Assembly (NCBI GenBank): GCA_037447605.1
Contig: CM074805.1
Location: 3,319,361 to 3,383,360 of the forward strand
Reading direction: 5' to 3'
DNA from: Zygnema circumcarinatum SAG 698-1b
Taxonomy: Eukaryota > Plantae > Zygnematophyceae
Length of the DNA: 64,000 bases
The stretch's first letter is position 1. Each line of letters starts with the position of its first letter. The position numbers and the translations under genes were made by a program. A model generated the notes under the pieces. That model was not told the DNA's origin, searched no databases, and saw only the letters and a program-made list of their open reading frames with translations. Of the stretch, positions 39,765 to 52,312 are shown piece by piece.

Positions 39765-42700
39765 TCAGCCAAATGGGTTGCTGCTGCTGAGGCCATTCCG
39801 GGTTGAGTTGCTTGAAGACGTGAAAGGAAGCCCGAGCCCCGCAAAGGGGTCCACAGGAGGTGGTGCGACTGTGGTGGCTGCAGCCGCCTTCCCAAAGGGG
39901 TTCCCCGCAGCACCAAATGAGTCTCCGCTATGAGACCCAGGAGCACTGCCGACACTGCTTGGCCCATATCCAGTAGCTCCCACACTGCTGGGACCATAAC
40001 TGCTTCTACCAGCACTATTCGGCCCATGGTTTCCATACCCACCTGCCCCATTAGAGCTTGGGCCATAACCCCCATGCCCAGTACTGCTGGGGCCATACCC
40101 AGCTCCATCCGTACTGCTGGGCCCATAACCACCACCTCCCATAGTGCTTGGACCATAGCCAACTCCGCCGCTACTGTTGGGTGCATAGCCAACTGCCCCA
40201 GGGTTTCCTGCCATTTGATAGGCTCCTGTGCTTCCAGGCCCTTGATACTGAGTCCCTGTGGGCATGTAGGTTGAACCACCGTATTGTGCAGAGTATCCAT
40301 AGCCACCTACTCCATGAACCTCTGTCACAAGCTGAGGGAGGCTGCGAATAGACATGAAAGGAGAGGGATACTCAATCAGACTCGAGCATAAATCCAAAAT
40401 CAGCGAGAAGATGTATCGTTTCTGCGTTAGCAAAAAATTTCTCAACGAAGCACAAGAGTTGAACGTCTTGTTGTTGCCCCTTCTCCAAATAGTGCAGCAT
40501 GTCCTATGGAAGGCAAGCATCCAGATGTTCCTGCTTCAACCCTTCCTATTTGAAAGAAAGTAAACGCCCAAAATGCAACTCCTTTATGGTTACAAAACTT
40601 TTTGACAATTGAGGAGGTCTTTGTCACTACTCACCCCCCAGAGTCAGGAGCAAAGCCGCCCATCTGTCCAGAACCTGGCACACCTGCATCAACCATACGG
40701 TCTTGCAAATTACTAAATCGCAATGCCAAGCTATAAAGAAACAGCTTCATAATTCTCCATTTTTTTACGAAAACCAAAAATACATGAAAGATCTTAAAAT
40801 CTCTCCCTACTCTAAGATTTTGAGTTCCAAGCCTCACCAACAGGTGGATAGGAAGCAGGGCCTGTCATTGAGCCCCATGACGAGAATTGAGCTCCCCCCG
40901 GAGCCGGTACAGAGAGCGGACCGGGACCCATAGGCCGCGGAAGGGCATCTTGCAGGGGTGCCATGGAGAACGCCTGCAAAGCGGGCAAACAGAGCTTCAG
41001 AAATCAAACACGGTCGTAATTGCAGAAGAGTCCCAAGGAGGTGAATTCTCCCGGTTTTTGCGAATCCCCAAAAGTGCTCTCTTCGACAACTCAAAGCACG
41101 TGACGCACTGTCGCATGCATTAACATCTTCCCACTAGCTCATTAAAAAAAAGGAACATCAGACTTGTCGAATTCCCAGCCACGTCACAAGCTATAGAATC
41201 TGGCTCTTGCAGCCACCTGATTCGAGCAGTCTCCTAAACGTGCAGCAAATTAAAACGAGACCAATAAACCTCCACTGCCACGTATTGTTGTACCTTTGCA
41301 GCACTCAAAGTTACTCAAGATGATATGAAGGCAAACATAAAGGCGACGGCATTGCACATGTCAAGCTTGACTTGAAGAATAAAACGTGCAAAATGACTTA
41401 CAGGAGTAGATGCTGTAGCTGTCGGTGAAAGGTCATCGTCGAATGGGTTCAACGACTTGGGTGGTTGCGCATAGGCAGGAATAGTACCCTGGATTCATGG
41501 GGCATAGTAGGAACAAGAAGAAGTGGCCACTATGAGCCACTACAGGAGATATCGAACGACAGCTCAGACAGAACTTCAAGAGAAAAAAAAATGTTGCACA
41601 TCAGAAAAAGGACACTATTCAAAGCAGGACGTAGTTTTCATAGCCAAATCATAGATACGCTTACATTTACAAGTAAGGAAAAACAAACAAATCAATGACT
41701 TCAATGTCTAAATCCAGCATCTGTCACTTTGCAAGTGAGAAAACAGAAGGACAAACACCTTTCAAAAATATGAGGTCTACTTACGCATGATAGACAAAAG
41801 TTTATTGACATTCAGGTCGATACCTGTCACCAATCTACAAATAAAGAATTCAATGGACGGAAAGATGGGCCTCACGTACTGGCACGTCTGTCACAAGAGG
41901 GGTATACTGAGAATAGCCCTGCTGGTTAGGAGGAGGGTTCGGTGCGCCATAGCCTCCTAAAGGAAGGGCCGCCACATAGTGAGCTGACTGTGCATACATC
42001 ATGGTGCTTGGTGGACCATACGGATTGGGATCAGAGAAGAAGTCCTGGACAAGACAAACGAAGCGAAAAACTCAACTGAGGTGAGGTCTGTATACTGTTT
42101 TGTTGCCAAATACAAATCACAGCACTTCACTTGCGATGATTACTGCCGTGTAGCGTCATAGATGAAATACACACACACACTTCCCTATTTTGGTGACTTT
42201 CTTTGTAAAAAAATCTTATCAAATGACCTCCATAGAAGTAGACCATTACCTCTGGAATCTCCCTCCTTGCAAGTCGATCTGCTGGCTGAGGGCCAGCAGG
42301 AGGTCCTTCGGGAGCAGCTGGTCCCGCATGCTGAGGTGGGACGACTTCAGAAGTTGCAGTGGGAAGTGAACTTTTGACGTTAGAGGAGGGACCCGCAGAA
42401 GTGGGAGACGCGGCTACAGCTGCTGGAGATGTTGGACCACCTCCAAAGCTTGAAGGGCCCCCAAAACTGGCTGGACCAGCTCCACTTGGAAAGACTCCTA
42501 CGGTTGGTGGAGCAGCTGGAGGATTACTCCATGGAGAAGGATTCAAGTTTGTGGAGGGGGGGTGGGTGCCGCCAGGAGCAGAAATTGGAACAGATCCTGA
42601 TGGATTCACATTGACCGGAGGTAGAGCAGACGAGGAAGAAGAACCAGTAGAAGGAGGACCGGAAGCAGGAAGAGGAGGCGCTGTCTGCGCAGTCGAGTCA

Positions 42701-45700
42701 CTAAATGCATCCCATGTTTGAGGTTGTGGTGGTGCAACGGGTTGGGAGGTCTGGTGACTGACAGGATGAGCCTGCAGACAGGATGAAGAATGAGCCAGAA
42801 TAAACAGAATTTCGAAGTGAGCCAAAAAAGAGCACTAGCTTAGAACAACTATTCAGATCTTATAGCACACGGGTTTACATGTTCTAAGGAGTCTAGTATA
42901 TTCCTTGTAGGCTAAACAGCACCTACCTCAAACTTTGCGGGAAGAAACTAACCTGCATCGGATAAACAGCACTCTGCACAGCATCGAGCTTGCTCCCTTG
43001 AGTTGCTGCTACTGGTGGGGCCCATTGATCCACAACACTAGGCCCAGGCCCCGGAGGCCAAGGCGTTGCGCCATTTGAGTGACCACCGGCTGCTGATGGC
43101 ATAGGGTCAAAGGTGGCCCAAGAAGTAACAGCTCCCAGAGCAACAGTAGAGGGAACAGAAGGAGCAGCAAGTTCTTGGAGCCCAAAAGGATCGGCAAATT
43201 GGTTTGATGATGCATCGGATGCAGGTGCAGGCGAAGAACCGATGGAAAAGTCAATGAGGCTTGCTGGCTCCTGGAGAGCATTTGGCCTTCTTCCACTCTC
43301 AGGCGTAGCCGATTCACCTTTAACATCCTGACTGGGAAATAGCTTCCGCTGTATATCCTGCACCTCACCAATTCGACCACAAACCGACGTCACTATGGTC
43401 AAGCAATGCCGTAGCTTGTAGAAGTTGCGCAGCTCTTGAAATATAGTTGTCATTTCCCATGGCAGTCTATACAAAAGGTGAGGTGGAGACGAACATGAGG
43501 GATATCCCAAACAGGCAAGAAAGGTACAAAACTGTTTTCAGCTCACATACGGCCAATCAGAACTGTCTAAACGAGGTTAGACGGACAATGGTAGGCGAGA
43601 TACCAAGAACAACCCATCCTAGAATTCTGCGCAATTGTTCCTCTTGATCACTCTCCAATTTGTAGCTTTACGGTCATCATATATATTTTGGTCAGCTGCA
43701 AATTAGATAACTGATTCAGCCTTGAATTATTCTGCTCAAGCTTCTTCCTGGTTAAGCAAAACCCATGATGGCCTGGCCCTTAAGTGATCAACTTCCACAC
43801 GGACAGTATGAAGTTTGCCTACATGACAATGACAAATACTCACCGGCGATACAACTCTTGGCGCCGATCTTGAGCTTCCTGATACAGTATCCTCAGCATA
43901 TCCCAGCACCACAATTCTGTCTACCTCCTTTCCCAGTATATCTGTGATAGGACGAGTTTGTGGTGAATCATTGTTTGGACGGTTAGGTCGATGCCGATCT
44001 GTAGCATCGGAACGGTCACTGCTTTGTTCCCTCGAGTCTTTGGAATTGCCATTCTTCAAAGACGTTATGCTCTTCACCATGTTTCTGGTGTCTTTCAGCG
44101 TGACTGCTGGTTGCTTTGCCTGCTTCATCCGGCAATTCCCAGAATCAGTTGCCTTGCAGCTATGTATTTAGTACCGGCAATTGAATGATTGCTCACAGAC
44201 GCTCACATATTACAAAAGTCGAAAAATTAGCAGCTCCAGCTCATAAATCATAAATTACCTCGCTCGCTGCATCACAAGCGGTGCCTAGGAGCTTGTGATC
44301 TGCGAAATCCAACACCTAACTGCGAAATCTAACAACTGACTTCCCAGCACCTTTCAATTTCAATTTCCATTGCAACTTATGGTTCAGTTCATCCTTTTTT
44401 TCTTGAATCTCTTATCAGTCTTGCCGCATGTTTCCATTTTCTAGGTCATAGTCATCATTTAGTTTTAGAAAAGCTATCTAAGGTGTACATGATTAATGGG
44501 TTAAGTTGCAACTCAAAACAAAAAAAAAAAAGTGGCATGTCCCCACACATTTGAACGTCGCATAGTGCAACTGATCCAGGTCAGTGCCTCACGAAATCAC
44601 GCTCAATTCGAGGACCAACTGGATGTCAAAAGTAAGGAGTGTTGGTACGTATGTAGCTAAGCCATTATCGCCCACCTCACGATGACAGAAAAGGTAACAA
44701 AATAGGAGATAGTAGAATAATTTTGCAAAGCAAACAAGTGCTCACCGCTGCAGGAGCAGGTGCCTCTCCTGTGAATCTTCTTTCAACGTACACAAGCTTG
44801 ATGAATTCTCTCAACCTTGGCACATCACTGCCATCTCACGTTGGAAAGGTCAGGAGACCTCCACGCAAAACTGGAAGAGAATTGCCAATCTTAGCAAAAG
44901 TTTATCAGGAGAGGCGATATCCAGAAAGGATGTTTGTCTTCCCGATGGATTAATGGAATATTCAAAAGAAAAACAAAAACAATTTCCGCCAACACTAAAA
45001 AGGTCCAGGACTGGCCACATCCCAGTTTCCGACGGCCCACTGTAAGGCCCTCTCAACACTTATTTTATGCGAAAAGATGTTCTTCACCAGAAATATTTTT
45101 AGGTCACAAAGGTTAACCCACCTGTTGTCTGGCAGCGGCTGGCGACTCGAATCCCAGGTTTTAAAATACGTTTGTCTCGCTTTCTGCATACAAAACGAAA
45201 GATTGAAGAAAGGAAGAGTAAGATTTGGGACTAAAGCAAACTAATTACAGCAAATAAGAGAGAGAAAAATAGTAAGATGGAGATTTTCTAAAGCATGACA
45301 AGAATTGCTTAGTCACTTACAACACCAATGATGTAAGCTGCCATCAGAAAGAGAAAGGTTTCCTTCATGATACAACTCCTCCAACTTCTAACCTCTTTCG
45401 GTATCGGAAATTGTTAAGCAATACAAACATCTGAACGCTTCCAACAGTCGAAACATACGACAAAAGCCTTCAATTATCAAGCTCACCATGGATAGCAATC
45501 AAGGTATGAAAGCAGATTATCAAGAAACTAGGAACAGTCGGCTCCGGAACTTCATGTCTCCCTTAATGCAAGAGGCAAACTCAGAAACTCGGACAGCCAA
45601 AGTAAAAATGAAGGAGAAGTCTAGATTGAGCATAGTGCTAACCTCATTACCACCAAGTTGCAAAGAAGCTGCTTCCTCTTTTGAGAATTTCGCCATGGAG

Positions 45701-46481
45701 ACAGACTTGATGCGATGAGAGAATTCGCGGCTGCAAGTTACATGATTTTGCACATTTAGGACATGAATATGGTTTTCCCCATTTAATATACTTCTGCCTA
45801 TAAGAGAAATGAGCAATATAGAAAAGAATACAACGTGTCCGAGCTATTTTGCTTGAGTGCGTGGGGTGTGCCGAGAAGCTCGATAGCATTAATGCCACAA
45901 TAATGGCCGAAATGGCCATAATGGTTCCAGAAACAAAGCCTTAACGAACGGGCCTATACAAGGGTGAAAGATCGGTTTAGAGCGTCAGGAATAAGAGAGT
46001 TAAGTCACTCACTGTATCCCGCTGCAGGACGTGCAGACAAATGTGTTGAAGCTTGAGCACACATACTGGGGACCCTGCAGAGAACATAAGCAAAAAAGTA
46101 CCGTGGATTCAGTTGCCATCTGGCACGGGATGACGTCAATATTCAATCCGACAAAATTAATGTGCTAGTCCCATTCAGAACACATCAGCAAACTCTGTCA
46201 GCAATCTTTATGTGCAGTCAGAAATAGGTCAAGAAGCCACTCGGAAGATGGCGATGCACTTCCAGCAGTACGAGTTGTAAGCTAAACTTCCTCAGAATTG
46301 AAAGTAAGCAGAAATTCATCCGCAAATCCACTAGGCGAATATCTATGGTAGAAGTGATGTTTCCGCATATGCGGACACTTACCAAACTATTACAATTTAT
46401 GCACTTTCGATTATCAGAAAGCTTCAGCAACCCTCTAATTATCTTTTCACTCTTCTCAGCTTCTTTCGCGTTGATCCCCAT
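39765..46481 (-). CDS. ArfGAP-domain protein, AGD14/NIG (AGFG/Hrb-like) type, with Pro/Ser/Gly-rich tail ending in NPFG
   Basis: EKIIRGLLKLSDNRKCINCNSL|GPQYVCSSFNTFVCTSCSGIH|REFSHRIKSVSMAKF..GGNE|KARQTYFKTWD..LREFIKLVYVERRF (C4 zinc finger), with NPF/DPF motifs in the tail. Some internal exon boundaries were not resolved. Confidence 0.88.
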
Positions 46482-47533
46482 ATCGAAAGATCTTCTGAGC
46501 TGCAAATGCCGATTCTATCCAGACCCCAGAAAACGTGCCCTGCACACAGAAAATGCAAAACAAAACAAACATATGATTGACATTCGTCCGTTGCCAATTA
46601 CAATATCCAGACCCGTCGTACAAAAGTGACAATTGCACGAAAGAAACGCAATGTGCCGTTCAGCCCTGTTCACTGCAAGCAGACAGAAAAAGCCATACCT
46701 TTCCAACTCTCAACAAGCCCTCCGTTCAAACCCTCACCTGATCTGATCCTGGAACGAGCCTGCCTCACGCCTACCCTGCCCTGCCCTACCCTGCCCCGCT
46801 GACCACCTTCCTGTCCTCCTGCGCTACCAAGGCTCTTCTCGAATCCCTTTCCCTGCAACAAGCAGCCGTCCCCTAGAGAGGCGAACAGCGCATGACGAGA
46901 GCAGAGCGGCAGGGCGGGCGCCCTGACGTTGCAGGACGGCGCCTGCAACTGCGCAGAAGGGGCTTTGCCTGACCTCGCCTGGCCTGGCCTGGCCTGGCCT
47001 GCCCCCCAATGCGCCCTGGGCTGCCTGCTGCTCCCCGCGGGTATGGTATCCGTTGGCTGCCTGCCAGGCAGGCACTTAGGGCCCGGGCAGGCGCGGAGGC
47101 GCCAGGCGGGCTTGGCAGCCTTAGGCAGGCCATGCACATGCATGTGCAGGGTCCATGGGATGTGCATCGTCGCATCATCCGGCACTAGGACATACCCGCA
47201 TGACATGCGGCATGGCATGGCATGAGCATGGGCAGTAGAGCGGCATGTGTAGATGGATGGTACCATTGGTATGGTATGGTCCGTGAATGTACCCACATCC
47301 CACGCCGGTTGAACACAGGCACATGTACATTTGTTCTGTTCTCCAAAACTGGAGGTTGTGGAACGGGAACGGCGAACAAAATGCCGCGCATGGAACGAGC
47401 TGCAAGAAAAGGGCGGGCGCATGGCACCTCGGAAGCTTTATTTTTAGCTCGGTTCCCCCGGAGGCTTCTGCACCGAGCAGCTCCCGCGCCTTCTCGTAGA
47501 AGATTGTTAGGGTTTTGGAGTATCTGGCACGCC

Positions 47534-49558
47534 ATGGCGACCGAGGATGAAGACGAATGGAATGATCCTGCTCTCTTGCAAGCAGTGGATGCAGCTGTAG
47601 CTCAAGGAACTCGCCGTTATTCTCAGGCTGTTTCGTCGCAATCCCCTGACAGGAGGGTGGAAGTCACATATGGCCGGCGCAAACATGGTCTTGAGAGATA
47701 TCAGAGTGACATTGTGGAAAATTCAGGGCAGAAAGACGACGCATATTCTGGTTCCGGAACGGTGGGTAGACGCTTGTTGCTGCATCAGAGTGGTACAAAA
47801 AGGGTAAGGGAGGAGGAGTGTGAGGGGGAATATCTCGCGGCATTAAGAGGAAGAAACTCTCAGAAATGGCTGAACAGTAATCTGGAGGGCAAAGGTGGAG
47901 TTCTTGCCAATCAGCCTGGATACGTGGCTGGAACGCAGTTTGTTGGAATTGTGTACAATAAAAATTCTGGAAGTAATTCGGCAACAGGGAATTGTTTCAA
48001 GTGTGGTATGGAAGGCCACTGGGCGAAGGATTGTATGAATGCAGCGCAGAATGACTTTTCTGACAAGAGTTCGTTCCAGTGGAGAGAAGGAGGTCAGTTT
48101 GGAGGAGCTGCTGGGCAGTTAGGGCATGGAGAAGTGTTACCGCCTGATAAATCTTGTGCCTGTGGGGGTGGAATTTGTAAGATTCTGACGGCATCCACAG
48201 AGAAAAACCGCGGGAGGCAATTCTATCGGTGCCCGTTATCTCAGGTATGAGTTTTGCTTGAAGGTGTAGAGAATGTTTCATTGACAGGATGATGTCTCCA
48301 TTTTTGTTTGAGAAACTAAGGAACTCGTCCAGATATACAAGAAGGCAATTATGGCTCCACATTGTGTAAATCCATATCTGTAGCTTCTTTACTCAGGCTT
48401 TTAAGGAAATTGCCACAGACTTATACTGGCCATCGCGTATGGCAGTGAGGACGTTTTTCAAACTCTTGGTCTAGCCTGCTCTCTACAATTGTTAGAGAGA
48501 CATTGCATGTTTATTCATTGACTACCGTTCCCATATCTGTATTTCGCAGAAAGGTCCCTTGTTATGACCTTAGGAAGCATGCTCAGATGTAGTCATGCAG
48601 CTTCAGCAGCATATTTTCACTTTTCTGTTGTCGGGTGTGTGTTGTATGACAGGAAGAAGGTCAGTGCAGTTTTTTTGAATGGTGCGATGGAGCTTCCTCG
48701 GGAGGGGCAAACAGTGGAACCCGTGGAGATTCGATTGAAGAAGAGAAACTACTGTGTCCTTGTGGAGCTGGCATGTGCAATGTTTTGACGGCACGAACGG
48801 AGAGAAACAATGGCCGTAAATTCTTCGCCTGTCCTTTGCCCAGGGTAAGAAACTCTTACCTTCCTAGTTGGCTCAAGAGCAAAACGACGACTTTCAGTTT
48901 GGATACAGTTTGATCACTGTACTGAGCAAATTTTGTAAACATCCATGACTCTTGGTTTCACCGTTCATATTGACTTTGCATTCCTTTGATACAGGAATCT
49001 TCGTGCAAGTTTTTCAAATGGTGTGATGAGGTAAGGCAAGGTCCAATCAGCGCTAGCAAGGATAGCATCTCCGACAGGCGAAGTTCTTTCAGTGGTGGAT
49101 CGAGCGTGCTTACAAGCGGAGGCGATGGGAGCTCCTTTCGTCCTTGCTTCAAATGCAATGGAGATGGCCATTGGGCAAAAGACTGCCCCTCCAAGGGCGG
49201 CTACGATGGCGCAAGAAACTCTGCCGTGGGAGGATGCAATGATAGAGGTCGGACCAGTGGTGGTGGGGGCACATGTTTCAGTTGTGGTGAAGAAGGGCAT
49301 TGGTCCAAAGATTGTCCTTCCAAGGCCACCGGTAGTTATGGGTATGGATCAGCGCAAAGCGGTTTTTCTCGTGGAGAAAGAGCTGATGGAGGGTGGGGCT
49401 GTCGAAGTGCTGATGAGAGAGGAGCTTGGAGCGATGGTTCAAGTGGGGGGAGAGGGGGTGGGAGCTGCTTTAAGTGTGGTGACACAGGCCATTGGGCAAA
49501 CGCCTGTCCAAAGGGCGGTGGTCCGGGTGGTTCAAGTAGAGTCGGTCGGGGTTATTGA
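47534..49558 (+). CDS. GRF-type zinc finger / CCHC zinc-knuckle protein (3 exons: 47534-48244, 48653-48844, 48995-49558)
   Basis: Four CX2CX4HX4C knuckles (e.g. CFKCGMEGHWAKDC, CFSCGEEGHWSKDC) and two GRF fingers (CACGGG..TEKNRGRQFYRCP..CSFFEWCD; CPCGAG..NNGRKFFACP..CKFFKWCD) with Gly-rich linkers. Junctions are in phase. Confidence 0.88.
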
Positions 49559-49966
49559 TACGGAAGGGAAGGGCTTGATACTAATTGGAAAGATTGTAAA
49601 TAAAAGAATGGAACTGTTGTTTGACTAATCCTCGTGTCTCATGGCCTTCATGAGCTTTTATAGATGATTGTTTCGGTGGCTGTGCAACAAGTCTCCTTCA
49701 TTTCCACAAATGCATTTGGGATGAATTACAGTTCTGCTCAATGCATGGAAGTATTGATCTCTCCAAGCGCGCAGGATGGCGGTATAGAGATTCATCGGCA
49801 AGTTGGTGTTGAGGTGCTCCTTTACAAAGTGAGCGAGTGAGCCAGACACCTAAATATCAAGTCTGGTCCACTGAGCCGCCTCCTCGTTGTGATCCTCCCC
49901 CTCCTCCTTTCCCACTCTGTAATCTGTTTGGTGCGTGGAAAGACCCCTCGTAGAGGTCATGAAAGT

Positions 49967-52140
49967 TCAAGACCGCCTCAACACCAGGCCATACAGTACA
50001 ACTCGCTGACTTCTGTAGTCAACTGGCAAGTTCTCAATCTGCAGTCGTCCCACGTCAAAATGCGCCAGTGCTGCACTCAAAAAGGCTTCCAAGATCACAT
50101 CTGCACACGTGCAAGTCAGACAAGCAAATAATGTGTTAAAACCACCCATCAAAGATGACAGAAAGTGTGATCAACAAAGTCCATTTGCGCTATTGATGGA
50201 CTGTTTGATGGATGCAGCATGTCTGGCATGCAGAAGTTAAGGAGGTGGCAGTGGAAACGTGTAGCTAGAGATCTATACATCGAAGACGACCTATCTGAGG
50301 CCCGTCCGGATCTTATGACATTCAGAAGCACTTTCTTTTTGACATACGGCAGCCTGCAGTAACAAAAACGCATCTAGTTGAGCACCAAAGAAACCCTAAC
50401 CAGTGGGCCAGTACTAGCAGGCAGAGGAGAACTCTACCATTGCGAAGCTCAGCTGCAAGAAGGATGGTTGTGTGGGGCCCACTCAGCTCCAGGAGGCTTC
50501 TAATGAGGGGAGAGATGGCCTCATCTCCGAACACTACATCCGATGCAACCACTGTCAAACAAAAAAATCCAAAGTCAGACAACGTTTAGTATAATGTGTC
50601 GTCAGAGAACCAGCATCGACTTCCCTATAAGACTTCCGTGTTCTATAATTGAAGATCGGAGAAATAGTCACAGAAAATGCTTTGATAACGAAGGAAAGGC
50701 TTTCTGCTATAGCACCGAAATCGGGTTGCGGATTAAGCCATTCGGGTGGTGGTTCTTCTCCCCATGTGTGCTCATGAACCAATGCCGAGCCGCAACCTGG
50801 CTGGTTTATGGAATGGGTAATCGAGTTCACGTTCTTCTGCAGAAGGCGCAAGCGGTCCCACACATCTGTGAGCACTACATGGCTGCCCAGAAGAGCTGCT
50901 ACAATTCTGTCCCACCCCGCCAGTCCAAGCTAAGGATGATATTCGCAGCATATCTGGTTTCAACAATAATCTGGACCCTATTGTTCTGTGCCAGTCCTAC
51001 AGATACTGGGGGCGTTATTTTTTATCGCTCATGCTACTAGTGTGAAGCCTGCGAGCGAGACCTTGATGCTTCAGTGAATATGCCGGCAAATTTACTACTT
51101 CAATGCAATGGTAACCGGAGATGGATTTGGCATTGGTCTCACGATGGCGATGCCATCTAATTTACATGGACAAAAGCAACATGTCGAACCAAGGGGAACA
51201 GGTCGCAAATGACCTATGGAAGAAAGGAAGAGCCATGAGCAGAACTCTGCAACAGCTCTAGAAGCAGCCGCGACCATTAGACCAACCTCATTAGTGCAAT
51301 CCCGTAAAGGGAAATGCGGTTCCAAAGTCATGACTAGACTGCTATTACTAGTGAAAAGGACTGGCAAGGGCTCACCCAACCAGACCACAACCGGCTCCAA
51401 GCTCCAGCATGCGCTTCTCTTTCAATTCTAAACGACCTTGATCAGCAGCGTGCTCCAGGAATTTGGCGAGAACTATACCACTGTCCCACATGACCGACCC
51501 GGTCACTCCTGCCTTCATCTGCAGGGGCATTCGAAGAGAACCGGAGACGCCATGGCGGATTCGTCAGCCATGAAAGGATGCTCATGCAGATTTAGAGAAA
51601 GCGCACCTACATTGTGTTACATTGTGAACCAGTCGTGGACAATAACACATGATCGCCTGTCTGATACGTTATCAACTACAATTGAGCTGTTAGGACTTAG
51701 AAGAGTCGACGATGATATACTGGCCTTGTTGCTTAAATCATGAAGAACAATTAACCATTGCAGAAGATACAGTCTTCACTTTTAGTGTCATCTTAGATAA
51801 TATAACTCACATCTTGTCTGCATTCAACACTTTATTCCCTTCAAGTTGTGAGCATGACCTAAGGGCCAGCCATATAGCAGGCAAAAGACATGATTGCCAG
51901 CTTGGTTTGCAGGCTGACCAGAGATGAAGGAGCCTGCTGTATTTGTAGAACATGGCCGCAGGCCTCCATGACGAGCTCCTGTTTGTTCTGAGCTACGTAT
52001 CCTCCCTGTTTCAAAGCCGACGGGTTTCTGAGACCCCATAGCAGCATCACCTCCTCGCATGGGTCACGGACTGGCAGCAAGGGCAGCTGCAAGGCACCAA
52101 CGTAGATAGGCTCCATGGCCTCTGCTTCGTCATCAGCCAT
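49967..52140 (-). CDS. METTL21-like (Methyltransf_16) protein-lysine methyltransferase (6 exons)
   Basis: AGVTGSVMWDSGIVLAKFLE, SAM motif I MLELGAGCGLVG, VVLTD..RLRLLQKNV, TWGE, VVASDVVF and ILLAAELRN, with GT-AG junctions in phase. Confidence 0.88.
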
Positions 52141-52312
52141 GGCTAAATTAGCAGCTGCAGTGGTTAAAAATTCTGTCTACAACAATTTCAAGTAATCTGC
52201 GCTACATAAAATGGCATAATGCTATCAACCGAATGCGACTCAGCGTCATTTGAGTTCTGCTTTAAGGCAGTCGTAGACTTACGCGTGTTCTTTCAAAAGC
52301 TGTCGCTAAAGA

